DNA of 64,000 bases from Minisyncoccota bacterium (lineage in GTDB: Bacteria > Patescibacteriota > Minisyncoccia > JAHIHE01 > JAGLIN01), in contig JBAZUT010000003.1 in NCBI GenBank assembly GCA_041661265.1, forward strand, positions 15,191 through 79,190. The letters are read 5' to 3'. The position numbers were made by a program, and so were the translations under genes. This document shows, one piece after another, positions 17,076 to 27,167 of the stretch. The notes below the pieces were generated by a model. It did not search any database and was not told the DNA's origin. It saw only the letters and a program-made list of their open reading frames with translations. Numbering within the stretch: the stretch's first letter is position 1; the number at the start of each line of letters is the position of its first letter.

Positions 17076-19292
17076 CTATTTGCATTCTTTATTCGAACAC
17101 GCAACAGTGTCATTTTTTGCATAAAGCATTAGACTATTGCATTTGGGGCACAGCTCTCCCGTGGGTTTGGACCAAAGCGCGAATTTGCAATCCGGGTATC
17201 CGTTGCAGGCATAGAAGATCCTTCCTTGCTTCGATTTTTTTTCAACTATGTCATTTTTTTTGCATTGAGGGCATTTGACGCCGGTAGATTTTACGATCGG
17301 TTTTATGTTCTTGCAGTCGGGATAGCCGCTGCATCCCAGAAAAGTGCCATATCTTCCGCGCTTTACTTTCATGGGTTTTCCGCATTTATCGCAAATTTCA
17401 CCTGAAAATTCATCCTGCAGCGCTTTCTCGTCGCCGAACGGTTTTGTGGTTTTGCATTCGGGATAGTTCGTACATGCAAGGAACTTTCCAAATCTTCCAA
17501 GTTTAATGACCATGGGGGATCCGCATTTTTCGCATTTCTCGTCGGTTTTTTCTTCGGTGAGCTCCTTCTTGTCGATCGTTTTTTCCTTCTCTTTGAGATT
17601 TTTCGAGAATGGCTTATAGAATGCGCTGATCACCGGTACCCATTCTTTTTTATTCTCGGCTATCTCATCAAGTTCCGCTTCCATTTTTGCCGTGAATTGA
17701 ACATCGACGATCTCCGGAAAATTATCCACGAGAAGTCCATTCACAAGAACGCCGATCTCTTTCGGATGGAATCGTTTTTCGATCTTTTCGACATAGCCTC
17801 TTTCCTGGATCGTACTGATCGTCGGCGCATATGTCGAAGGTCTTCCAATGCCCAGCTGTTCAAGGGTCTTTACAAGACTTGCCTCGTTGAATCGAGCGGG
17901 CGGTTCAGTGAAATGTTGTTCATTTAAAATATCTTTCAGATCCAATATTTCGCCATTATCGATGACCGGGAGGATCGTATCTTCGGATTTGACCGGATAA
18001 ACTTTCAGGAATCCTTCGAATTTCAACACTGATCCGTTTGCCCTTAGTGCATATTTTTCACTGGCGCTGATGTCGATGCCTGTCTGGTCATATATGGCAC
18101 TGGACATTTGGGAGGCGATCATTCTTTGCCAGATGAGGTTGTAAACTTTGAATTGCTTGGGATCAAGGTGTTCCTTTATGGACTCAGGCGAAAGCGACGG
18201 GTTTGCCGGCCTGATGGCTTCATGCGCTTCCTGTGCGCCTTTCGATTTGGTCTTATAAAGCCGCTTCTCGTAATATTCATTGCCGAAATTTTCTTTTATG
18301 TATTTTTCCGCGTTCAGAAGCGAATCGTTGCTCAAATTCAATGAATCGGTTCTCATGTAGGTGATGAGTCCGGTAGCACCGCCTGAACCAAGTTCAATTC
18401 CTTCATAGAGCTGCTGGGCGATCATCATGGTCTGTTTCGAGCTATATCCCAGTCTGTTGTTTGCGGCCTGTTGAAGAGTACTGGTCGTGAAAGGCGGAAG
18501 GGGATTCTTTTTTGATTCCTTTTTTGTAATTGAAGAAACTTTATATTCGGAATTTTTCAGATCATTTTTGATCCTTTCGGATTCTTCTTTTGTCTTTATG
18601 CCGAGTTTTGGAATGCTTTTTCCGTTTTCCTTCATCAATTTTGCCCTGAAGAGTGCGCTTGGATCGTTCTTTCTGGAAAGATCTGTTTCGATCGTCCAAT
18701 ATTCTTCGCGTTTGAATTTATTGATCTCGTCTTCGCGTTCGACAATGAGCCTCACTGCGACCGATTGCACTCTTCCGGCAGAAAGTCCATATCTGATCTT
18801 TCGCCACAAAAGAGGAGACAGCTTGTAGCCCACGAGCCGGTCGAGTATCCTTCTCGCTTGCTGTGAATCGACAAGGTCCATGTCAATTTTTCTCGGATTT
18901 TCCAGCGCATCCTCTATCGCCTTTTTGGTTATTTCGTGAAAGACTATGCGTTTATAATCCTTGGCACCTTTTTTCTTTCCGAAATCACCCAAATTCAGCA
19001 TCTGTGCGATATGCCAAGCTATGGCTTCTCCTTCGCGGTCTTCGTCCGATGCGATTATAACCTCATCGCATTTTGTCGCGGCTTCTTTCAGTTCTGCGGC
19101 ATGTTTCTTGCTTTTCGGGCTGATAATGTATTCGGGTTCGAAGTTATTTTCAACGTCAACACCGAGCTTGCTCTTGGGAAGGTCGCGCAAGTGCCCGAAA
19201 GATGACTTTACTATATAATCCTTGCTAAGGAATCTTGAGATGGTTTTGGCCTTGGTGGGCGACTCAACGATAATAAGTTTTTTGCTTGGCAT
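17076..19292 (-). CDS. topA: DNA topoisomerase I
   Basis: TOPRIM N-terminus 'LIIVESPTKAKTI', the topoisomerase IA core, and C-terminal C4 zinc ribbons. Confidence 0.9.
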   Translation of the reverse strand: MPSKKLIIVESPTKAKTISRFLSKDYIVKSSFGHLRDLPKSKLGVDVENNFEPEYIISPKSKKHAAELKEAATKCDEVIIASDEDREGEAIAWHIAQMLNLGDFGKKKGAKDYKRIVFHEITKKAIEDALENPRKIDMDLVDSQQARRILDRLVGYKLSPLLWRKIRYGLSAGRVQSVAVRLIVEREDEINKFKREEYWTIETDLSRKNDPSALFRAKLMKENGKSIPKLGIKTKEESERIKNDLKNSEYKVSSITKKESKKNPLPPFTTSTLQQAANNRLGYSSKQTMMIAQQLYEGIELGSGGATGLITYMRTDSLNLSNDSLLNAEKYIKENFGNEYYEKRLYKTKSKGAQEAHEAIRPANPSLSPESIKEHLDPKQFKVYNLIWQRMIASQMSSAIYDQTGIDISASEKYALRANGSVLKFEGFLKVYPVKSEDTILPVIDNGEILDLKDILNEQHFTEPPARFNEASLVKTLEQLGIGRPSTYAPTISTIQERGYVEKIEKRFHPKEIGVLVNGLLVDNFPEIVDVQFTAKMEAELDEIAENKKEWVPVISAFYKPFSKNLKEKEKTIDKKELTEEKTDEKCEKCGSPMVIKLGRFGKFLACTNYPECKTTKPFGDEKALQDEFSGEICDKCGKPMKVKRGRYGTFLGCSGYPDCKNIKPIVKSTGVKCPQCKKNDIVEKKSKQGRIFYACNGYPDCKFALWSKPTGELCPKCNSLMLYAKNDTVACSNKECK

Positions 19293-19390
19293 AGAAAAAA
19301 AATTAAAATGAAAAAATAAAAGTGAAAAATGTTAATGATTTTCATGAAACAGAAATTCAATTGACATTTTTCATTTTGATTTTTAAAATT

Positions 19391-20485
19391 TTAATTTGCA
19401 ATAATATATCTCATCCCGCCAATATTTTTGACTTTACCTTTAATTTCCATCAGTGTCAATAAACTTGAAAGCGAGTTCATATTCATTTTAATGTTTTTTG
19501 AGAGCTGGTCAATGTGAGTGGCATTATCACGAGCCAGATTTTCCAGTATCAGTTTCTCGTCATCATTATCGGGAATTATATCTTTCAATTTCGATGCGTC
19601 AAGCGAAGTTTCAATGTCGAGCTCCTCAAGTATATCGCGGGGACGAGAAGCCAGTTTCGCTCCGAGCTTGATCAAATTGTTCGTACCGATCGAATTGCCG
19701 GAAAAAATACTGCCCGGAACCGCAAAAACATCTCTATTCTGTTCAAGTGAAAATTTGGCCGTTATAAGAGATCCGGAAGATTCAGATGCTTCGATAACAA
19801 GCACTCCTTTCGAGAGTCCGCTTATGATCCTGTTCCTTGCGGGAAAATGCTGTTTAAGCGGCGGGGTACCTATTGGGTATTCACTGATGAGGGCTCCAGA
19901 GCCGGAAATATCGCGCGCCAGCTTGCGATTGCTCAGGGGGTATATGCTTTTTTCGTCCAAGCCTCCTCCGAGAACTGCGATCGTACGTTTTTTTTGCTTC
20001 ACGCATTCAAGGTGAGCAACAGTATCTGCGCCGAAAGCAAGTCCGCTCACCAGAGTCAATCCGGATGCTGAAAGTTCCTTTGAGAGAAATGATGCGGCCT
20101 GAGTTCCATATGGCGAAAGCTTTCTTGATCCGACAACGGCAAGGCAGATGTCGCTATTGCTCAGAGAACCTTTTAGATATATCATGGCCGGACTGCTTGA
20201 TATTTCCAAAAGAAGATTTGGAAAGCGTTCATCCTTAAACGTCACCAGTTCTATGTTCTCTTCGGCAAGTTTTTCGTATTCTTTTTCCGGAGAGATATTC
20301 TTTTTGAAATCGATCATCCTCAGAACCGTTTTATTTTCGATGCCCGACGCCAGAAGATCATCAATGCCGGATCTCCAAGCATTTTCAAGAGATTTAAAAT
20401 GCGCCAGAAGCATTTTTAGTTTGGCCGGACCCATGAACGGCATGAGATTAAATGCGTTGTAATATTGACGCTCAGATATTGACAT
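19391..20485 (-). CDS. dprA: DNA processing protein DprA (Smf)
   Basis: Rossmann-like core 'LAVVGSRKLSPYG...VSGLAFGADTVAH...GLSKGVLVIEA'. The annotated start has no SD. Confidence 0.8.
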   Translation of the reverse strand: MSISERQYYNAFNLMPFMGPAKLKMLLAHFKSLENAWRSGIDDLLASGIENKTVLRMIDFKKNISPEKEYEKLAEENIELVTFKDERFPNLLLEISSSPAMIYLKGSLSNSDICLAVVGSRKLSPYGTQAASFLSKELSASGLTLVSGLAFGADTVAHLECVKQKKRTIAVLGGGLDEKSIYPLSNRKLARDISGSGALISEYPIGTPPLKQHFPARNRIISGLSKGVLVIEASESSGSLITAKFSLEQNRDVFAVPGSIFSGNSIGTNNLIKLGAKLASRPRDILEELDIETSLDASKLKDIIPDNDDEKLILENLARDNATHIDQLSKNIKMNMNSLSSLLTLMEIKGKVKNIGGMRYIIAN

Positions 20486-20507
20486 ATAAAATATAATATG
20501 CTATACT
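20479..20507 (+). promoter_or_regulatory. consensus sigma70-type promoter, antisense to the dprA start codon
   Basis: TTGACA(20479-20484)-17-TATACT(20502-20507). Confidence 0.45.
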
Positions 20508-20513
20508 GGGATG

Positions 20514-20888
20514 TTAATAAAAATCTGGAGGTTTTTTATTTTGCTGCATTTACAATCGGAAGCAACTAGGATTTTATGGGCGGCATTCTGTCTATGAGCT
20601 GTGAAAGCACAATAATCCCTCCTAATATTGTGCGAGTAGCTTAAGTCTAGGCATGTATTTCTTGTAAATACAGGCCTTACGCTTATAGGCAGTATGCCGG
20701 ATGTAAAAGATGGCAATGCCATGCACTTTTCTGTCTATGAGCGGCTATGATGCAACAATACCTCCTATAGTTGCATAACGGCCTAATGTTCAGGTCTTTA
20801 TTTCTTGTAAATACAGATCTTACGCTTATAGGCAGTAAAGTTTATGGCAGAAAACAGAAAAAGAAAGGGTCTCAGATCCTTTCTTTTA
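20514..20888 (+). ncRNA. candidate regulatory RNA of about 370 nt carrying the tandem repeats (strand uncertain)
   Basis: Bounded by the promoter at 20479-20507 and the bidirectional terminator at 20859-20888 (agaaagg/cctttct plus T). Loops read CCUCC on + and AGGAGG on -. Confidence 0.35.
20586..20871. repeat. two tandem direct repeats of about 143 nt (units start at 20586 and 20729)
   Basis: 'ttctgtctatgagc...cttgtaaatacag..cttacgcttataggcagta' is conserved in both units. Each unit holds a hairpin with CCTCC in the loop (20607-20633 and 20751-20775) and a gtattt/aaatac hairpin. Confidence 0.75.
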
Positions 20889-21399
20889 TATTGTCACGGA
20901 TCTTATCCGTAATTCCGTTTAAGATATCCGATTCGGCGGCCGATAAATTTGCGAGAACAAAATCTTCTGATGCCATATTGCCGCGGTCGGATTCTATGCC
21001 TATTCTGTATCGGGTGAAATCTTTTGTTCCAAGAGTATCGATTATCGATTGTATCCCTTTGTGACCTGCCGAGCTCCTGTCTTTTGTTACCTTAAATTCT
21101 CCGATCGCGATATCGAGCTCATCCTGGATCACCAACAGATCATTGTTCGATATTTTATAATAATCCATTGCCGATCTCACGGACGCGCCTGAACTGTTCA
21201 TAAATGTTTGCGGTTTCAGAAGCAACACCTTTTCGCCGCTTATGTTCCCGAAAGAAAGAAGCGCATTAAATTTTTTTTCGAATGCAAAGGGTTCAAAATT
21301 GAAAGATCCGGCTATTTTGTCGATCGCAATAAATCCCACGTTGTGCCTTGTTCGCTCGTATTCCTTTCCCGGATTGCCGAGGCCGACTATCAGTTTCAT
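20872..21399 (-). CDS. pth: peptidyl-tRNA hydrolase
   Basis: 'MKLIVGLGNPGKEYERTRHNVGF'. Confidence 0.9.
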   Translation of the reverse strand: MKLIVGLGNPGKEYERTRHNVGFIAIDKIAGSFNFEPFAFEKKFNALLSFGNISGEKVLLLKPQTFMNSSGASVRSAMDYYKISNNDLLVIQDELDIAIGEFKVTKDRSSAGHKGIQSIIDTLGTKDFTRYRIGIESDRGNMASEDFVLANLSAAESDILNGITDKIRDNIKERI

Positions 21400-21497
21400 A
21401 AATTGTAATAATTATTGATAAAGATAAAATACAAAATGAAAATTAATTACGGATATTTTGCATTGTTAATACCATTCCAATGCTTAGGTTTTAATTT

Positions 21498-22799
21498 TCA
21501 GAATCCTTTACCGAGGAGTATGACAAAATCCGCTTTACTATCCGAGATATCCGCTCCATCTTCAAGCATCGCGAGAAACTTGCTTTTGAGGATGGAAAGG
21601 GTCAGCGGCTTGAGGCCATTGGAATTGTTCAATATTTTTACTCCCGAAGCCGTCTCATCCGCTGTGTTTGTCGAATTGATTATCCTGAATCCGTAAGATT
21701 CAAGGTCCCTTGCAACCGTATTTGCAACATCAGGCGTTCCGGTGGCATTTTTAATTTCAATGGTGGCACTTTCTTTTTTTATGGAATCTCGTTCCTCATC
21801 GCTCATGGAAAGAGTGAAAATGTCTTCGCTGAATTTTTTGATGTTCTCATAATCTTTTGATTTTGTATCGAGGGTGTATCCCAGTCCGACATACGACCGC
21901 GCAAGATAGTTGCTCGTGTCTATGGATTCCGTTGTGATCTTGTGATTTCCGATATCTTTCGCTATTTTGTAGAATCTCGGGATCTCTTTCGGTTCGATGT
22001 CCGTTTGCAGATGGTCTCCCAGGTCGGTCAATATGTTTTTGAATGCCATGATGTCGACACTGGAATATTTTTCAAATATTTTCTGCCTGAACGCCTTGAG
22101 AATATTCTGCTGTCTTTTTATTCTGTCGAAATCTCCCATTTTGCTGTGCCTCGATCTTGCGACTTTGAGAGCGAGTGCTCCGTCAAGGTGATGCAAGCCC
22201 TTTTTTATATAGAATGGGTCGTATCCATTGGAAAAATTGGGATATGTCGGATCATTAATGTCGTTTTCAAGCTCAATGTCTATTCCGCCCACATCATCAA
22301 TGATCTTCGTGAACCCGCTAAAATCCAGTTGCAGATAATAATTGATCTTTTGGCCGGATATTTCCTCGATCGTATTCTTCAGAAGGAGCATGCCATCTTT
22401 GCCATTTTTGTCGCCGAGCGCCTTGACAGCATTGATCTTTGTTCCGATGTTCAATTCCGTAACATGGACGAAAAGATCCCTGGGTATCGAAATAAATGCG
22501 GCTTCTTTTTTTTGCGGCTTTATTCTTGCGATCATGATTGTATCTGTGAGATCTCCTCCATTGTGGTGTTTTCCTCCGATCCCAAGAAGGAGTATGTTGA
22601 TGCTGTCTTCATTTTCACCATCAAGGGATTGCGCCGGACTGAAGATCATTTCTGAAAATTGCTTGATTATGGAATCAGAACCTTCTTTCTTCGAAAATAT
22701 CTTATTTCCGGTCTGAAAAAATTCATATGAAAAACCAACGAGCGGTATGAGTGCAAGTAAAAGCATCAGAAAAAAGAATTTTACGGCAATCTTCAGCAT
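21498..22799 (-). CDS. LytR-CpsA-Psr (LCP) family cell-envelope protein
   Basis: N-terminal TM helix. 'ILLLGIGGKHHNGGDLTDTIMIARI...SIPRD'. Confidence 0.7.
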   Translation of the reverse strand: MLKIAVKFFFLMLLLALIPLVGFSYEFFQTGNKIFSKKEGSDSIIKQFSEMIFSPAQSLDGENEDSINILLLGIGGKHHNGGDLTDTIMIARIKPQKKEAAFISIPRDLFVHVTELNIGTKINAVKALGDKNGKDGMLLLKNTIEEISGQKINYYLQLDFSGFTKIIDDVGGIDIELENDINDPTYPNFSNGYDPFYIKKGLHHLDGALALKVARSRHSKMGDFDRIKRQQNILKAFRQKIFEKYSSVDIMAFKNILTDLGDHLQTDIEPKEIPRFYKIAKDIGNHKITTESIDTSNYLARSYVGLGYTLDTKSKDYENIKKFSEDIFTLSMSDEERDSIKKESATIEIKNATGTPDVANTVARDLESYGFRIINSTNTADETASGVKILNNSNGLKPLTLSILKSKFLAMLEDGADISDSKADFVILLGKGF

Positions 22800-22988
22800 A
22801 TGGAATTCAGTTCAATTTTATTCTACAATAATGCGGTGGAAGTGTCTAATGAAAAGCGGCATTGCGCGGCGAGGTGCGATAAATTAGGCAAAAAAAGAAG
22901 CAGGAGAATATTTGACTCGCGGGTCTAAAAGTTGTATTCTGTAGTTATCATGTAAAAATTAATTCATAATGAAATTGGAAAATATCGT

Positions 22989-23591
22989 ATGGATCAAGGG
23001 GAAAAAAAATCGAGCGGATTAAGATTGATCATTGAAGATATATTGGGATTATCAGCTGAAACTGCAAAGATCGTGATAATAAGTCTTGTTGTCATAATAG
23101 GCATCAGAACTTATGTAATGCAGCCTTTTTTTGTGAGCGGAAGCAGCATGGAGCCTAATTTCCATGATGGCGATTATTTGATAGTCGACGAGCTAAGCTA
23201 TGAGATCGGTGAGCCAAAAAGAGGAGATGTCATAATATTCAAATATCCGAAAAATCCTAACGAATATTTTATTAAGAGGATAATTGGATTGCCGGGTGAA
23301 AAAATTGAAATATCAAACAACACTATACGGATCTATAATAATGCAAGGCCGGAGGGGTTTGTTGTCGGTGAAGATAAATACATACCGCAGACAACCGTCA
23401 CTACGGGTAATTATATTGCCGAGCTTAAGAATGACGAATATTACGTTCTGGGAGATAACAGAGTTGCGAGCGCGGATTCAAGATGGTGGGGCGTTTTGGA
23501 TAGACATTTTATTGTCGGAAAGGCACTGATCAGAGCGTGGCCGTATAATGATCTTGCGATATTCGAAGGGGCACAATACGAGAATCCGTAA
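22989..23591 (+). CDS. lepB: signal peptidase I
   Basis: 'GSSMEPNFHDGD', 'KRIIGLPGE', 'VLGDNRVASADSRWWG'. Confidence 0.85.
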   Translation: MDQGEKKSSGLRLIIEDILGLSAETAKIVIISLVVIIGIRTYVMQPFFVSGSSMEPNFHDGDYLIVDELSYEIGEPKRGDVIIFKYPKNPNEYFIKRIIGLPGEKIEISNNTIRIYNNARPEGFVVGEDKYIPQTTVTTGNYIAELKNDEYYVLGDNRVASADSRWWGVLDRHFIVGKALIRAWPYNDLAIFEGAQYENP

Positions 23592-23612
23592 TCGCTTTAA
23601 TAAAATAATTTC

Positions 23613-24152
23613 GTGAATATGAAAATAATTGCTTTTTGCGGCAGTGCGAGAAAGGGAAATACCGAATATATTCTGAATAAAGTGCTGACAAAGGCGGACA
23701 GGATGGGGCATCAAACGGACCTGATTCTTCTCCGCGAGAAAAGGATCGAGCTTTGCGACGGATGCTTTGAATGCGATGCTACCAATAAATGCAAGATCAA
23801 AGACGGCATGCAGGACATATATGACAGGATGGAGAGAAGCGATCTCGTGATATTCGCGAGTCCGAATTATTTCGACAGCTATACGGGCCTTATGAAAAAT
23901 TTCATTGACAGATTGAGGCCATATTGCACAAGCGGGAAGATGAATGGAAAAAAAATGGTAGTGATCTCTGTCGGCGGAGGCGGTCCTATTTCAACTAAAC
24001 GCCTAAATTCGAATTTTGATGTCGTTGCGGATAAGCTTGGAATGATCCTGGTGGGTGATCTGGATTTTATCGCAAAGGGACCGAACGATGTTGAGAATGA
24101 TCCTGAAAATATCAGCAAAATAGAGAATTTCATTCAAGGCGTATTGTCTTAA
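23613..24152 (+). CDS. flavodoxin-like NAD(P)H-dependent FMN reductase family protein
   Basis: 'KIIAFCGSARKGNTE...VIFASPNYF' flavodoxin-like fold with Cys-rich inserts. Confidence 0.5.
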   Translation: MNMKIIAFCGSARKGNTEYILNKVLTKADRMGHQTDLILLREKRIELCDGCFECDATNKCKIKDGMQDIYDRMERSDLVIFASPNYFDSYTGLMKNFIDRLRPYCTSGKMNGKKMVVISVGGGGPISTKRLNSNFDVVADKLGMILVGDLDFIAKGPNDVENDPENISKIENFIQGVLS

Positions 24153-24176
24153 TTTTATAAAGTAAATTTCAAATAA

Positions 24177-25505
24177 ATGCCAAGAGTTAAAAAGATCGAA
24201 AAAAAAGAAGAAAAGAAACCGCGAAAGAAGACAAATCCTATACAAACCGTAAGGGGAATGAAGGATGTTTTGCCGCCGGAACAGATGCTCTGGGATTATG
24301 TGATCAGTGAGAGCAGGAGGCTGTGCCAGAATTTCGGTTTTGGAAGAATTGAAACGCCCGTTGTTGAATTCGCAGATTTGTTCGAACGCGGAGTTGGCGA
24401 GCTGACGGATATAGTTGAGAAGGAAATGTTCGTTTTTGAGACCAAGGGTGATGAAAAAGTTGCATTAAGGCCCGAAGGGACTGCCGGCATAGTGAGGTCG
24501 TATATAGAGAATGGCATGAGCAAGTGGTCACAGCCCGTGAGGCTTTATTATGAGGGTCCGATGTTCAGATATGACAGGCCTCAGACGGGAAGATACAGAG
24601 AGTTCCATCAATTCGGGTTTGAGGTGTTCGGAGATGCCTGTCCTGCAGTTGATGCGCAGGTTATCTATCTGGCATGGAAGATTTTCCAGAGAATCGGTTT
24701 GAAAAATGTGACGATTCAGATCAATAGCATAGGATGCAAGGAATGCAGATCGAACTACAAGAATGTTCTGACGGATTATTATGAAATGAAAATCAATAAA
24801 TTATGCACCGACTGCAAAAGGAGATTGCTTAAAAACCCGCTAAGGCTTTTGGATTGCAAAGAAGAAAAATGCATGCAAGTCGCATCATCAGCGCCTCAAA
24901 TAATCGACAGTTTATGTACGGGATGTCATGATCACTTCAAGAACGTACTTGAATTCCTTGATGAGTTGGAGCTTCCCTATGTATTGAATTCCAGTCTGGT
25001 GAGGGGCCTTGATTATTACACAAAAACAGTGTTTGAGATCTGGGCGGCGGATCCGGAGGGCGGTTCAAGGCAGCTGTCTCTCGGGGGCGGCGGCAGGTAT
25101 GATAATCTCGTACAGTCGCTGGGCGGCGAACCTACGGCTGCTGTGGGATATTCATTCGGCCTCGAGAGGGTGATCGAGCAGCTTATCAGAGCAAAGATAA
25201 GTATTGATATGAAAATCAAAAAGGAAGTATTTCTGGTGCAGCTCGGAGATAAAGCCAGAAAAAAAATATTAAAGCTATTCGACAAGCTAATAGATGCGAA
25301 TATATCCGTTGGTGAATCTGTGGGGCGGGGCAGCATAAAGTCGCAGCTTCGGATCGCAAACAGGTATAGCAGCAAGCTAGCTCTTATAATCGGTCAGAAG
25401 GAAGCATTGGACAATACGGTTATAATAAGGGATATGGAAAGCGGGATGCAGGAGGTTGTGACATTGGAAGACGCGGTTACTGAAGTCAAAAGAAGACTCG
25501 CATAA
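24177..25505 (+). CDS. hisS: histidine--tRNA ligase
   Basis: Class II motifs 'RLYYEGPMFRYDRPQ' and 'GGGRYD', plus an anticodon-binding C-terminus. Contains a Cys-rich insertion (about 8 Cys). Confidence 0.9.
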   Translation: MPRVKKIEKKEEKKPRKKTNPIQTVRGMKDVLPPEQMLWDYVISESRRLCQNFGFGRIETPVVEFADLFERGVGELTDIVEKEMFVFETKGDEKVALRPEGTAGIVRSYIENGMSKWSQPVRLYYEGPMFRYDRPQTGRYREFHQFGFEVFGDACPAVDAQVIYLAWKIFQRIGLKNVTIQINSIGCKECRSNYKNVLTDYYEMKINKLCTDCKRRLLKNPLRLLDCKEEKCMQVASSAPQIIDSLCTGCHDHFKNVLEFLDELELPYVLNSSLVRGLDYYTKTVFEIWAADPEGGSRQLSLGGGGRYDNLVQSLGGEPTAAVGYSFGLERVIEQLIRAKISIDMKIKKEVFLVQLGDKARKKILKLFDKLIDANISVGESVGRGSIKSQLRIANRYSSKLALIIGQKEALDNTVIIRDMESGMQEVVTLEDAVTEVKRRLA

Positions 25506-25526
25506 ATTTATCAAATAAAAACAAAA

Positions 25527-25874
25527 ATGGATTGCATATTCTGCAAAATATCAAAAAAAGAAATACCTGCAAACGTGGTATTTGAGAATGAAGACATAAT
25601 AGCCTTTAAGGACATCAATCCCGTTGCGCCGGTGCACGTTCTGGTCATTCCCAAAAAACATATTGAATCTGTCGTTGACGTAAAAGATAGCGACGAGGCT
25701 CTGATGGGCAAGATGATAATAGCAGCAAAGAAAATAGCCGAGCAGATGAAGATATCCGAAAGTGGATACAAGCTTCTGGTAAGGGTCGGAAAAAATGGCG
25801 GACAGGAGATCGGGCATATTCATATGCATTTGCTGGGCGGAGCGCGGCTTTATGAAAATATCAGACCGGCATAG
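25527..25874 (+). CDS. HIT family (histidine triad) protein
   Basis: 'GHIHMHLLGG' triad. Confidence 0.85.
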   Translation: MDCIFCKISKKEIPANVVFENEDIIAFKDINPVAPVHVLVIPKKHIESVVDVKDSDEALMGKMIIAAKKIAEQMKISESGYKLLVRVGKNGGQEIGHIHMHLLGGARLYENIRPA

Positions 25875-25978
25875 TCCCGAATAGCATTTTCGGGTGAGGG
25901 TATTGCCAAGCTAAGTTAATGTGTTATAATCAACTCAGTCGATTTTTATTATAAATATTAATTTTTTAGGGGTGTAAA

Positions 25979-26212
25979 ATGATTGAAGTTAAAAGAAAAG
26001 ACAATGAAAGCGTCGGAAGCCTGCTGAGAAGATTTTCCAAAAAAGTACAGCAGAGCGGTCTTCTTATCCAAGCGCGAAATTCAAGGTTCAAGGAAAAGAC
26101 AAAGAGCCGGACCGAGAGAAGAAAAAGCGCACTCAGGAGAAATGAGATCGTGAGCGAAAAGGAAAGATTGAGAAAATTGGGCAAGCTTGAAGAAGAATAC
26201 AGCAAGTATTAA
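25979..26212 (+). CDS. rpsU: 30S ribosomal protein S21
   Basis: 77 aa, basic. 'ALRRFSKK...GLL' S21-like. Confidence 0.65.
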   Translation: MIEVKRKDNESVGSLLRRFSKKVQQSGLLIQARNSRFKEKTKSRTERRKSALRRNEIVSEKERLRKLGKLEEEYSKY

Positions 26213-26237
26213 TTTATTTCCGCAATAAATTAAATAA

Positions 26238-26690
26238 ATGGGCTTAAAAGATAAAATTAGGAGTGATCTCAAGGCTTCCATGAAAAATCAAGACAAGATA
26301 TCTTTGTCAGTTTTGAGGTTGCTGAATTCGGATATACGGAACAAGGAGATTGAGCTCATAAAGGAGATCGGTGACGACGATGTTGTAAAGATAATTAAAA
26401 GCAATGTAAAAAAAAGAAAAGATTCTGTGGAAATGTATAAACAGGGAAAACGAGAAGATCTTGTTAAGCAGGAAGAAAGTGAAATCGTAATTTTACAGAA
26501 GTATCTTCCGGAGGAAATGGGCGAAGAGGCGATAAGAACTATCGTAAAGAATGTTATATCAAAAACCGGCCTCGGCAAATCTTCCGATTTCGGCGGACTC
26601 ATGAAAGAAGTTATGAAAGAAACGGGAGGCAATGCGGATGGCAAAACCGTAAGCTCTATTGTCAGAGATGAGCTTGGAAAAATCCAATAA
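26238..26690 (+). CDS. GatB/YqeY domain protein
   Basis: 'LKASMKNQDKISLSVLRLL' YqeY-like. Confidence 0.75.
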   Translation: MGLKDKIRSDLKASMKNQDKISLSVLRLLNSDIRNKEIELIKEIGDDDVVKIIKSNVKKRKDSVEMYKQGKREDLVKQEESEIVILQKYLPEEMGEEAIRTIVKNVISKTGLGKSSDFGGLMKEVMKETGGNADGKTVSSIVRDELGKIQ

Positions 26691-26702
26691 GGACATTTAT
26701 AT

Positions 26703-27146
26703 ATGCCGTTTCATATAAGATATTTATCAAGAAAAACTGTCAATGAGGCATACATTAAACATATAGTTGAAAGCAGTTTGAGATCGATGCATAAAGATGA
26801 TGCGGAATTCGACTTGGTGTTCATCGGAAAAAAAAGAATGAGAGATCTCAATAGAATTTACAGAGGAAAGGACAAGGTAACTGACGTGCTGTCTTTCGGA
26901 AATACTTACGGAAGCAAGAAAGATCCGTTTGTCAGCCCCCGCGATATTCCTGAAAATTTAGGTGAAATATTCATTTGCACTGAGCGTGCCAAAGAGCAAG
27001 CGAAACAGAAGGGGCATAGCTTAAAAAAGGAGCTGTCAATACTTTTAATTCACGGAATATTGCATCTCGCGGGATTCGATCATGAGGATGATAAAGATGC
27101 GCGCATTATGCAACGGACTGAAAACAGGTTGCTTTCGGAACTGTAA
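26703..27146 (+). CDS. ybeY: rRNA maturation RNase YbeY
   Basis: 'HGILHLAGFDHEDD' metal-binding motif. Confidence 0.85.
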   Translation: MPFHIRYLSRKTVNEAYIKHIVESSLRSMHKDDAEFDLVFIGKKRMRDLNRIYRGKDKVTDVLSFGNTYGSKKDPFVSPRDIPENLGEIFICTERAKEQAKQKGHSLKKELSILLIHGILHLAGFDHEDDKDARIMQRTENRLLSEL

Positions 27147-27167
27147 TATCTTAAGGATCAAAATACG

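Noticed and set aside
20586-20871. CRISPR array, or a protein-coding origin, for the tandem 143-nt repeats (track ORF 20501..20722 on the - strand)
   Set aside because: There are only two long units, with no short repeat-spacer periodicity and no cas genes. Indels between the units break any common reading frame, so the 73-aa ORF is judged spurious.
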